Shown here: positions 1-7,772 of the stretch, in pieces
How the letters are laid out: each line of letters opens with the position of its first letter
Position numbering within the stretch: position 1 is the stretch's first letter
Source of the DNA: Candidatus Eiseniibacteriota bacterium
Lineage (GTDB): Bacteria > ARS69
DNA: 22,707 nucleotides
Assembly (NCBI GenBank): GCA_052390515.1
Contig: JBQTGV010000043.1
Coordinates: 1-22,707 of the forward strand
Reading direction: 5' to 3'
Translations under genes and position numbers: made by a program
Notes under the pieces: generated by a model
Database searches by the model: none
What the model saw: the letters and a program-made list of their open reading frames with translations, nothing else
Told to the model about the DNA's origin: nothing

Positions 1-686
1 CCCCGATCCGCCACGACGCAGGCACCGGCGCCGTCGGCGAAGAGCGAGTGCCCGCGAAGGTCTTCGCCCTTCCAGTGATTCTGGAAGTGAATGCTGGAAA
101 TCTCGCAGGAGACGACGAGAACGACAGCCGAAGGGTCCCCGCGGACGATCTCGGCAGCCGTCCGGATGGCGACGACGCCGGCGCTGCACCCCTGGAACCC
201 GATCTGCACACGGTGCACCGTCCGGCGCAGGCCCACGCCGAGCGCGACCGCCTGGTCCGGTCCGGGCGCGGCGAACCCGGTGCAGGTGACGAAGAGGAAG
301 TGGGTGACGCGGGCGGGGTCCACGCCGGACTGACGAAGAGCTTCCCGCGCGGCGCTGGACGCGAGAGCCGGTGCTTCCTCGCGGAAGACGCGGAGGCGCG
401 CCGCGGTGGACGGCTCGGAGCCGTCGAAGAGGCGCGGACACGCGACGCCCTCGGCGAAGTCCGGGAGCACGCTTGCCCGCGTCTCGACCTTCGCCGCGCG
501 GAACGCTGCGCGGAGCCGCCGGGCCGCCCTCGCATCGAGGGCGCGCCCGAGATGGCGGGCCAATTCGTCCTGACGATAAAGGTGGCCGGGCAGCGAGGTG
601 CCCCAGCCGATGACGGCGGGCACGGCGGCGCGGTCGGAGCGGCGCCGCGGGCGAGCGCGGGCTTCGGGTCGCAGGGCTCGCGGCAT
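1..686 (-). CDS. Type III polyketide synthase (chalcone/stilbene synthase family), 5' part; runs off the left edge
   Basis: Manual translation of the minus strand from ATG 686 (alternative GTG 623) is open to the edge: ...VPAVIGWGTSLPGHLYRQDELA...VTHFLFVTCTGFAAPGPDQAV...VHRVQIGFQGCSAGVVAIRTAAEIVRGDPSAVVLVVSCEISSIHFQ...SLFADGAGACVV. It carries the TCTG..APG.D motif, the catalytic Cys in GCSAG (codon 186-188) and the LFADGA motif. It is missing from the ORF track, presumably because no stop lies in the window. Confidence 0.9.
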   Translation of the reverse strand, partial: MPRALRPEARARPRRRSDRAAVPAVIGWGTSLPGHLYRQDELARHLGRALDARAARRLRAAFRAAKVETRASVLPDFAEGVACPRLFDGSEPSTAARLRVFREEAPALASSAAREALRQSGVDPARVTHFLFVTCTGFAAPGPDQAVALGVGLRRTVHRVQIGFQGCSAGVVAIRTAAEIVRGDPSAVVLVVSCEISSIHFQNHWKGEDLRGHSLFADGAGACVVADR

Positions 687-796
687 GGTTGCATCCAGAA
701 GGGGGCGGACGGACGCGAGTCTACGCCCGGAACGCCCGGGCAGCCACCGCTCAGGAGCGGCATCCGGCGTGCCGTAACCCCGAGCGGCTGCGTTCC

Positions 797-826
797 TTGA
801 CACTCCGGAGAGCCGCGTGCCAGAGT
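797..826 (+). promoter_or_regulatory. Putative sigma70-type promoter for kgd
   Basis: Perfect TTGACA at 797-802, an 18-nt spacer, then CAGAGT at 821-826 preceded by TGn (extended -10), about 70 nt upstream of GTG 897. Confidence 0.45.
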
Positions 827-896
827 CCGCCGCCCGTCCGCCGCGAACATTCACGAGACCACATCCCCGCGTGCTCTCAGGGGAGCTAGGGACCCC

Positions 897-3800
897 GTGA
901 ACGACCATCCCCCCGAGCAGGACGATCCGTCGCGCTACGGACCGAATGCCTGGCTGATCGAAGAGAAGTACCGCCAGTTCCGGGAGTTCCCGGACTCCGT
1001 GGGCGAGCCCTGGCGGCACTTCCTCGAGGGATTCCCGGCCGCTCCCGGCGAGCCGGCGAACGGCCCGACGCGTCCGCCCTCCGCGACGGCGGCCCCCGTC
1101 CCGGCCGAAGCACCCGCGCCGTCGAGGCTGGCTCAGCCGACCGCCGCCCCGCGCCCCGCGCTCCCTGATGATTCGCTCCAGCCCATCCGTGGCGCCGGGC
1201 TCCGCATCGTGGAGAACATGGAGCGAAGCCTCGCCGTGCCGACCGCCACCTCGGTCCGCGACATCCCGGTCCGCCTGCTGGAGGAGAACCGGCGCGTCGT
1301 GAACCAGATGCTCGGCGAGTCCACCGGGCGGAAGCTGAGCTTCGGCCACGTCATCGCCTGGGCCTTGCTCCGCGCGCTTCGCTCCGTGCCGGCGATGACG
1401 TCGTCCTACCGGGAGATCGACGGCGTCCCGCACCGCGTCGTGCCCGCGCGTGTGAACCTCGGCCTCGCGGTGGACATGGAGCGCAAGGACGGCTCGCGCG
1501 CCCTGCTGGTGCCCAACGTGAAGGGCGCGGATGCGCTCGACTTCTCGGCGTTCGTGGACGCGTACGACGAGGCGGTCCGCCGCGTCCGGGAGAACCGAGC
1601 CGTCCCCGACGACTTCGCCGGCACGACGCTCACGCTGACGAATCCCGGGACGATCGGCACGGTGCACTCGATTCCGCGGCTGATGGAGGGCCAGGGCCTC
1701 ATCGTCGGCACCGGCGCGATCGACTACCCGGCCGAGTTCCGATCCTCCGATCCCCGCACGATCGCTTCGCTCGGGATCGGCAAGGTGATGACCGTCACCA
1801 GCACCTACGACCACCGCGTCATCCAGGGCGCGGAGAGCGGAGCGTTCCTCGCCGCACTCGACCGGCTGCTCAACGGCGGCGGCGGCTTCTACGAGGAGAT
1901 CTTCGCCGCGCTGCACGTGCCCCACCACCCGCTGGTGCCCAGGCCGGACTCGAACCCCTTCGTCGACCCCGGCGCGTCCGGGCTCGTCGAGAAGGAGGCG
2001 AAGGTCCTCGCGCTGATCAACATGTATCGCGTGCGCGGACACCTGCTGGCCAACCTGAATCCGCTCGCGACCGGAGTGCGCTCGCACCCGGAGCTGGATC
2101 CGGAGTCGTACGGGCTGACCGTGTGGGACTACGACCGCGAGTTCATCACCGGAGGGCTCGGCGGCAGGGACCGCATGACGCTCCGCGAGATCCTCGAGGT
2201 CCTTCGCGGCTCGTACTGCCAGACGATCGGGATCGAGTACCGGCACATCCAGGAGCCGGAGCCGAAGCGCTGGATCCAGGAGAGGGTCGAGCGCAGCGCG
2301 CGGGAGCAGTGGACCGACCGGAAAGCGAAGCGACGCATCCTCGACCGGCTCGCGGCCGCGGACTCGTTCGAGAAGTTCCTGCACACGAAGTACGTCGGGC
2401 ACAAGCGCTTCAGCCTGGAAGGCGCGGAGACGCTGATCCCCATGCTGGACGCGCTGCTGACCCGCGCCGTCTCCATGGGAATCGGCGAGGCGGTCCTGGG
2501 TATGGCGCATCGCGGGCGGCTCAACGTGCTCGGCAACATCCTGGGCAAGAGCCTCGAACGGTTGTTCCGCGAGTTCGAGGGCAACCTCGATCCGGAGAGC
2601 CTGGACGGCTCCGGCGACGTGAAGTACCACCTGGGCGCGACCGGAACGCACTCCGCGCCGGACGGCGGCACGCTGCTGCTCACGCTCGCGTCGAATCCCA
2701 GCCACCTCGAGGCGGTCGATCCGGTCGTCGAGGGCATGGCCCGCGCCAAGCAGGACCTGGCCGGCGACACCGAGCGCGGCTCGGTCCTCCCCGTGCTCAT
2801 CCACGGCGACGCCGCGTTCGCCGGACAGGGCGTCGTCGCGGAGACGCTGAACCTCTCCGACCTCAAGGGTTACCGCACCGGCGGCACCGTGCACCTCGTC
2901 GTGAACAACGGAATCGGGTTCACCACTTCGCCGGTGGACGCGCGCTCCACGGTCTATCCGACGGACGTCGCGCGGATGATCCAGGCGCCGATCTTCCACG
3001 TGAACGGCAACGATCCGGAAGCGTGCGTGCGCGTGATCGAGCTGGCGCTCGAGTACCGGCAGGAGTTCGCGAAGGACGTGGTCGTCGACATGCTCTGCTA
3101 CCGGAAGCACGGCCACAACGAGAGCGATGAGCCGTCCTTCACCCAGCCCATCATGTACCGCGCGATCGCGCGGATGCGGCCGGTTCGCCTGCTCTACGAG
3201 GAGTCGCTGGTGCGCCGCGGCGAGATCACCGCCACCGAGGCCGAGGAGGCCCAGCGCGACTTCCACGCGCGGCTCGAGGCTGCATTCGCCGCGACGCACG
3301 ACAGCGCTCCGCCGACGCCGATCCTGCCCAAGGACGCGGCGAAGGACGACGCGCAGCCTTCGATGCCGACGGGAGTGGAGCGGGGCCGCCTCGCGCAGGT
3401 GCTGGAGTCCGTGTCGGCGTGGCCGGCGGGGTTCCACGTGCACCCCAAGCTCGCCAGGCAGCTCGAGGCCCGCCGCGCGATGATCGATCAGGACTCCGTC
3501 GACTGGGCCGCGGCCGAGGCGCTGGCCTTCGGAACTCTGCTGCTCGATGGCCGCGACGTCCGTCTCTCCGGGCAGGACTCGCGGCGGGGAACGTTCAGCC
3601 AGCGCCACGCCGTGCTCATCGATCAGGAGACCGGCGCCGAACACGTGCCGCTCGCCGGTCTGGCCGAGGGGCAGGGCCGCTTCGCCGCGCACGACAGCCT
3701 GCTCAGCGAGTTCGCGGTGATGGGCTTCGAGTACGGCTACTCGGTGAGCGCGCCCGAGACGCTCGTGCTCTGGGAGGCGCAGTTCGGGGACTTCGTCAAC

Positions 3801-4526
3801 GGGGCGCAGATCATCGTGGACCAGTTCCTGGCCTCGTCGTACGAGAAGTGGAAGCAGTCCTCGGGCCTCGTGCTGCTCCTCCCCCACGGCTTCGAGGGAC
3901 AGGGACCGGAGCACTCCAGCGCGCGTCTCGAGCGGTTCCTCACGCTGTGTGCCCTCGAGAACATGCGCGTCGCGGTGCCCACGACCGCGGCGCAGTACTT
4001 CCACCTCCTGCGCCGCCAGGCCCACCAGCGTCCCTCGAAGCCGCTCGTGGTGATGACCCCGAAGAGCCTGCTGCGCGCGCCGTCGGCCAAGAGCCGCGCC
4101 GCCGAGTTCGTCGACGGGAGGTTCGAGCTCGTGCTGGACGATCCGGCTGTGCAGCACGTCGAGGCGGTGACGCGGTTGCTCTTGTGCTCGGGGAAGGTCG
4201 CGTACGACCTGATGGCGTTCCGGGCGAAGCACGACGTGCGCGGCACGGCCGTCATCCGCTTCGAGCAGCTCTATCCGTTCCCGGCCGACGACCTCGCCGC
4301 CGTGCTCGGCCGCTACCCCGAGGCGAAGGAGATCCGCTGGGTCCAGGAAGAGCCCATGAACATGGGCGCGTGGAGCTACATGCAGGCCCGCCTGCGCACG
4401 CGGCTCCCCGCCGATCGCCGCCTCTCGTTCGCCGGCCGCCCGCCGTCGGGCTCCCCGGCCACCGGAAGCCAGAGCATGCACGCGGTCGAGCAGGAGTACC
4501 TCGTGCAGCAGGCATTCTACGCATAG
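897..4526 (+). CDS. kgd: Multifunctional 2-oxoglutarate dehydrogenase/decarboxylase (E2 succinyltransferase catalytic domain fused to ThDP-dependent E1; Kgd/OdhA type)
   Basis: 1209 aa. N-terminal GPNAWLIEEKY...P.SV...W helix and Pro/Ala linker; E2 catalytic motif TYDHRVIQGAESG; E1 motifs YRVRGHLLANLNPL, KRFSLEG, GMAHRGRLN, GDVKYHLG, NPSHLEA, ThDP-binding HGDAAFAGQG...NN, WEAQFGDF, PHGFEGQGPEHSS. No lipoyl domain is visible. Confidence 0.95.
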   Translation: MNDHPPEQDDPSRYGPNAWLIEEKYRQFREFPDSVGEPWRHFLEGFPAAPGEPANGPTRPPSATAAPVPAEAPAPSRLAQPTAAPRPALPDDSLQPIRGAGLRIVENMERSLAVPTATSVRDIPVRLLEENRRVVNQMLGESTGRKLSFGHVIAWALLRALRSVPAMTSSYREIDGVPHRVVPARVNLGLAVDMERKDGSRALLVPNVKGADALDFSAFVDAYDEAVRRVRENRAVPDDFAGTTLTLTNPGTIGTVHSIPRLMEGQGLIVGTGAIDYPAEFRSSDPRTIASLGIGKVMTVTSTYDHRVIQGAESGAFLAALDRLLNGGGGFYEEIFAALHVPHHPLVPRPDSNPFVDPGASGLVEKEAKVLALINMYRVRGHLLANLNPLATGVRSHPELDPESYGLTVWDYDREFITGGLGGRDRMTLREILEVLRGSYCQTIGIEYRHIQEPEPKRWIQERVERSAREQWTDRKAKRRILDRLAAADSFEKFLHTKYVGHKRFSLEGAETLIPMLDALLTRAVSMGIGEAVLGMAHRGRLNVLGNILGKSLERLFREFEGNLDPESLDGSGDVKYHLGATGTHSAPDGGTLLLTLASNPSHLEAVDPVVEGMARAKQDLAGDTERGSVLPVLIHGDAAFAGQGVVAETLNLSDLKGYRTGGTVHLVVNNGIGFTTSPVDARSTVYPTDVARMIQAPIFHVNGNDPEACVRVIELALEYRQEFAKDVVVDMLCYRKHGHNESDEPSFTQPIMYRAIARMRPVRLLYEESLVRRGEITATEAEEAQRDFHARLEAAFAATHDSAPPTPILPKDAAKDDAQPSMPTGVERGRLAQVLESVSAWPAGFHVHPKLARQLEARRAMIDQDSVDWAAAEALAFGTLLLDGRDVRLSGQDSRRGTFSQRHAVLIDQETGAEHVPLAGLAEGQGRFAAHDSLLSEFAVMGFEYGYSVSAPETLVLWEAQFGDFVNGAQIIVDQFLASSYEKWKQSSGLVLLLPHGFEGQGPEHSSARLERFLTLCALENMRVAVPTTAAQYFHLLRRQAHQRPSKPLVVMTPKSLLRAPSAKSRAAEFVDGRFELVLDDPAVQHVEAVTRLLLCSGKVAYDLMAFRAKHDVRGTAVIRFEQLYPFPADDLAAVLGRYPEAKEIRWVQEEPMNMGAWSYMQARLRTRLPADRRLSFAGRPPSGSPATGSQSMHAVEQEYLVQQAFYA

Positions 4527-4530
4527 AGGG

Positions 4531-4559
4531 TGGAAAGCCCGCGCGCCTCGGCATACCTT
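4531..4559 (+). promoter_or_regulatory. Putative internal promoter for ctaA-ABC, positioned to give a leaderless mRNA
   Basis: TGGAAA (4531-4536), 17 nt, TACCTT (4554-4559). ATG 4567 follows after a 7-nt gap and has no clear Shine-Dalgarno sequence. Confidence 0.35.
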
Positions 4560-4566
4560 TCGGACC

Positions 4567-5880
4567 ATGAATCGAGCAAGCAGACACGCCGCCGCCGCGC
4601 TGGTCACCGGCTTCGGCACGTCCCTCGCCATGTGGGTGCTGGGCTTCGCGCTGCGCATGCCGCCGGCCGCGACGCCGGGCTGGCTCGTGCTGGCGCTGCT
4701 TCTCGTGGTGCTGGCTGCCGGCGGCGCGTTCGCCGGGGGGGGAACCGGCGCCGGCGCGCGGGCCGGGGCGGCCGCGGGGCTCGTCGCCTCACTGGTGAAC
4801 CTGCTGGTGCTGGGGAGCCTGCTGGGCGGCGAGGAGCCGAACCGCCTCGTTCCCGTCGCGGCGCTGTGGATCCCCGGTTCGCTCGTCTGCGGGGCCGCCT
4901 GCGGCGCGCTCGGCGCGCTCGCCGTGGGCCGCGGACCCGCGCCGGCAGTCCCGCCCGACTGGACGGCGGTCTTCGCGCGGATCGGCGCGCTGGCCACGCT
5001 CGCGCTGGTGATGCTCGGGGGGCTGGTGACGAGCCACGAAGCCGGACTGGCCGTCGTCGACTGGCCGAACTCGTACGGCTACAACATGTTCCTGTATCCG
5101 CTCTCACGTATGGTCGGAGGGATCTGGTACGAGCACGCCCACCGCCTGTTCGGATCCCTCGTCGGCCTCACCACCCTCGCCCTCTTCTTCCGCCTGCTCG
5201 CTTGCGAGCCGCGCCGCTCGGTGAAGGCGTGGGGCGCCGCCGCCGTCGTGCTCGTCATCGCCCAGGGGATCCTCGGCGGGCTGCGCGTCACCGGACACTT
5301 CACCACCGCGGCCACGCCGGATGCGGTCCGCCCCAGCCTCGCGCTGGCCATGGTTCACGGCGTCGCCGGACAGCTCTTCTTCGCCTGGATGGTGTGCCTC
5401 GCCGCGCTGACCTCGCGCACGTGGAAGGAGCGGACCGGAGCGGTGGTGACCGACGCCGCCGGCACCGACCGCACCGTCTCCTGGATCGTGATCGGCGCAC
5501 TGCTCATCCAGCTCCTGCTCGGCGTGCGCGTTCGCCACACCGGCGAGGGCGTCATGCTGCACATCACCTTCGCGGTCGTCGTGCTGGCCGTCATCGTGCT
5601 GGCCGGAGTGCGCACGCTCGGCAACTACTCGGGGGTGGTCGCCCTGCGCAAGTCCGCGGGGGCGCTGCTCGGCCACGGGGTCACGCAGCTCGTGCTCGGC
5701 GGCTTCGCCTTCTTCCTCGTGAATCTCCGCTCGGGCGAGGGGACGCCGCCGGCGAGCGAGGTGTGGGTGACGACGCTGCACCAGACCGTCGGCGCGTTGC
5801 TGCTGGGCAACGCGGCCATCCTCGCCGCGTGGTCCCGCCGGCTGCTCACGACCGGGGACGCCGGGGCGGCAGCATCGTGA
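4567..5880 (+). CDS. ctaA: Heme A synthase (COX15/CtaA family) with N-terminal membrane extension
   Basis: 437 aa. Motifs LGGLVTSHEAGLAVVDWP, WYEHAHRLFG, QGILGGLRV, MVHG, MLHITFA and TLHQTVG supply the four His of heme A synthases. The first ~130 aa are an extra hydrophobic region. Confidence 0.88.
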   Translation: MNRASRHAAAALVTGFGTSLAMWVLGFALRMPPAATPGWLVLALLLVVLAAGGAFAGGGTGAGARAGAAAGLVASLVNLLVLGSLLGGEEPNRLVPVAALWIPGSLVCGAACGALGALAVGRGPAPAVPPDWTAVFARIGALATLALVMLGGLVTSHEAGLAVVDWPNSYGYNMFLYPLSRMVGGIWYEHAHRLFGSLVGLTTLALFFRLLACEPRRSVKAWGAAAVVLVIAQGILGGLRVTGHFTTAATPDAVRPSLALAMVHGVAGQLFFAWMVCLAALTSRTWKERTGAVVTDAAGTDRTVSWIVIGALLIQLLLGVRVRHTGEGVMLHITFAVVVLAVIVLAGVRTLGNYSGVVALRKSAGALLGHGVTQLVLGGFAFFLVNLRSGEGTPPASEVWVTTLHQTVGALLLGNAAILAAWSRRLLTTGDAGAAAS

Positions 5881-6815
5881 GCGGCGCGGTCGTCTGCGAC
5901 CAGGTCGGACACAGCTACGGCACGCGCGTGGCGCTCGATGCGGTGACGCTGGAGGTTCCGCGGGGAAGCCTGTTCGCGCTGCTGGGACCGAACGGCGGCG
6001 GGAAGAGCACGCTCTTCCGCATCCTGGCCACGCTGTTCCGGCCGACGCGCGGCCGCGCGACGGGTCTGGGTCACGACGTGGCGAATCAGGCGAGCGGCGT
6101 GCGCCGCGCGATCGGCGTGGCTTTCCAGGCTCCCGCGCTCGACAAGAAGCTCACCGTCCGCGAGAACCTGACGCACCAGGGCCACCTGTACGGACTCCGG
6201 GGCCGGCGCCTCGCCGCCCGGATCGACGAGCTGCTGGCGCTGTTCCGGCTGGGCGAACGCGCCCGGGACCGCGTCGAGACGCTCTCCGGCGGTCTCGCCC
6301 GGCGCGTGGATCTGGCCAAGGCGCTGCTGCACGCGCCGCCGGTGCTGCTGTTGGACGAGCCGTCCACCGGACTCGACCCGGGCGCGCGGCGCGAGCTGCT
6401 GGAGACGCTGACGTCGCTGCGGGATGGCGGCACCACCGTGCTGCTGACCACCCATCTGACCGACGAGGCCGCCCGCGCGAGCCACGTGGCCATCCTGGAC
6501 CGGGGGAAGCTCGTCGTCCTGGGCGCGCCGGACTCGCTCGTGGCCGAGATCGGCGGAGACGTCGTGACGCTCGACTCCGAGGACGCGCCCGGCCTCGCGC
6601 GGGAGATCGGTGCGCGCTGGGGCACGCGGGCGACGACCGAAGGCGGCGTGGTTCGCCTCGAGCACGCGCGCGCCGCGGATCTGCTGCCGGAGCTGCTGCA
6701 GACTTTCGGAGACCGGGTGCGCTCGGCGAAGGTTTCGCACCCGACGCTCGAGGACGTGTTCTTCCACCGGACCGGCAGGACGTTCTCGCCGGACGGGACC
6801 GACCGCGATGCGTGA
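5877..6815 (+). CDS. ABC transporter ATP-binding protein (DrrA/NodI-like, ABC-2 exporter family)
   Basis: GTG 5877 overlaps the ctaA stop (GTGA); 312 aa. Walker A GPNGGGKST, signature LSGGLARR, Walker B LLLDEP, H-loop LTTH, and a C-terminal PTLEDVF motif typical of DrrA-like ATPases. The track ORF 4530..6815 is over-extended at its 5' end. Confidence 0.92.
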   Translation: MSGAVVCDQVGHSYGTRVALDAVTLEVPRGSLFALLGPNGGGKSTLFRILATLFRPTRGRATGLGHDVANQASGVRRAIGVAFQAPALDKKLTVRENLTHQGHLYGLRGRRLAARIDELLALFRLGERARDRVETLSGGLARRVDLAKALLHAPPVLLLDEPSTGLDPGARRELLETLTSLRDGGTTVLLTTHLTDEAARASHVAILDRGKLVVLGAPDSLVAEIGGDVVTLDSEDAPGLAREIGARWGTRATTEGGVVRLEHARAADLLPELLQTFGDRVRSAKVSHPTLEDVFFHRTGRTFSPDGTDRDA

Positions 6816-7617
6816 CCCCTTGTGGCTGCCGGCGGCCTCCCTGTGGCGGCGCGAGATGGTGCGGTTCTTCCGCCAGCCGAGCCGCATCATCGGCTCGCTG
6901 GGCACGCCCTTCCTCTTCTGGCTGTTGCTCGCCTCCGGACTCGGGCCGTCGTTCCGGCCGATGTCGACGGACGCGGGCTCCTTCGTCTACTTCCTTCCGG
7001 GGGCGCTGGTCCTGGTGCTGCTCTTCACCTCCATCTTCGCGAACATCTCCGTGATCGAGGACCGCCGCGAGGGCTTCCTTCAGAGCGTGCTCGTGGCGCC
7101 GGTTCCGCGCATCGCCGTCGTGGCAGGCAAGGTGCTGGGCGCCGCCACCATCGCCGTGCTCCAGGGAGCCGCGCTCGTCGCCGCGGCGGCGGCCGGGGGC
7201 GTGGACGTCTCCGGCGCCGACCCGGGCGGGACGCTGCTCGCCGTGGTCGTGCTGGCGGTGGGGATCTCCGCGTTCGGGTTCTGCTTCGCCTGGCAGCTCG
7301 AGTCGATTCAGGGCTTCCACGGGGTGATGAACCTGCTGCTCATGCCCATGTGGGTCCTCTCCGGCGCGCTCTTTCCCCTGGACGGCCTCCCGCGGATTCT
7401 CCAGGCGCTCGTGCGCCTGAACCCGGTCACGTATGGACTGGCCTGGATCCGCCACTCCTTCGGGGAGAGCGGGACGGACCTGCCCGCCCGGGATCCGGCG
7501 GCGCTCGTCTCGATCGCCTTCGCCGCGGCGGCTCTGGCCGCCGCCGCCTTCGTGGCAGGGCGCGCTCCCGGCGACGGGATTCTCCGCCGCTTCGTCCGGA
7601 CGCGCGGGGGCTCGTGA
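6808..7617 (+). CDS. ABC-2 type transporter permease
   Basis: ATG 6808 overlaps the end of the ATPase gene; 269 aa with about 6 hydrophobic segments. Motifs WRREMVRFFRQPSR, DRREGFLQSVLVAPV...GK, LSGALFP and NPVTY are characteristic of ABC-2 permeases. Confidence 0.9.
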   Translation: MRDPLWLPAASLWRREMVRFFRQPSRIIGSLGTPFLFWLLLASGLGPSFRPMSTDAGSFVYFLPGALVLVLLFTSIFANISVIEDRREGFLQSVLVAPVPRIAVVAGKVLGAATIAVLQGAALVAAAAAGGVDVSGADPGGTLLAVVVLAVGISAFGFCFAWQLESIQGFHGVMNLLLMPMWVLSGALFPLDGLPRILQALVRLNPVTYGLAWIRHSFGESGTDLPARDPAALVSIAFAAAALAAAAFVAGRAPGDGILRRFVRTRGGS

Positions 7618-7647
7618 ACCGCGGCGATTCCGCGGCCGAGTTCGTGC

Positions 7648-7676
7648 TTGAACCTTTCGTCACATGCCGATAGATT
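7648..7676 (+). promoter_or_regulatory. Putative sigma70-type promoter of the act-cox operon
   Basis: TTGAAC (7648-7653), 17 nt, TAGATT (7671-7676), in a locally AT-richer patch of the 155-nt intergenic region upstream of actA. Confidence 0.55.
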
Positions 7677-7772
7677 GCCGGGGTTCGTGAACGCCCCGTC
7701 CCAGAAGACGCGGGAACGCGGGACTCTCCCGCGGGGCTCCGGGCGCCATCGATCACGCCACGGATAGGGCTC

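Noticed and set aside
48-800. 250-aa plus-strand ORF
   Set aside because: It is the antisense shadow of the type III PKS, which has the real family motifs.
4530-6815. Apparent 761-aa ABC ATPase with a long N-terminal extension
   Set aside because: The first ~449 codons are an alternate frame of ctaA. The real start is GTG 5877, overlapping the ctaA stop.
5877-7617. Calling the ABC pair ccmA/ccmB
   Set aside because: The ATPase length, the C-terminal PTLEDVF domain and the permease motifs fit DrrAB/ABC-2 exporters, and no ccmC/E/F is present.
7619-7665. Possible RegA/CRP/FNR-type operator (CCGCGG-CGATT-CCGCGG; TCACA half-site in the promoter spacer)
   Set aside because: Only half-sites match, and CCGCGG palindromes are common at this GC content.
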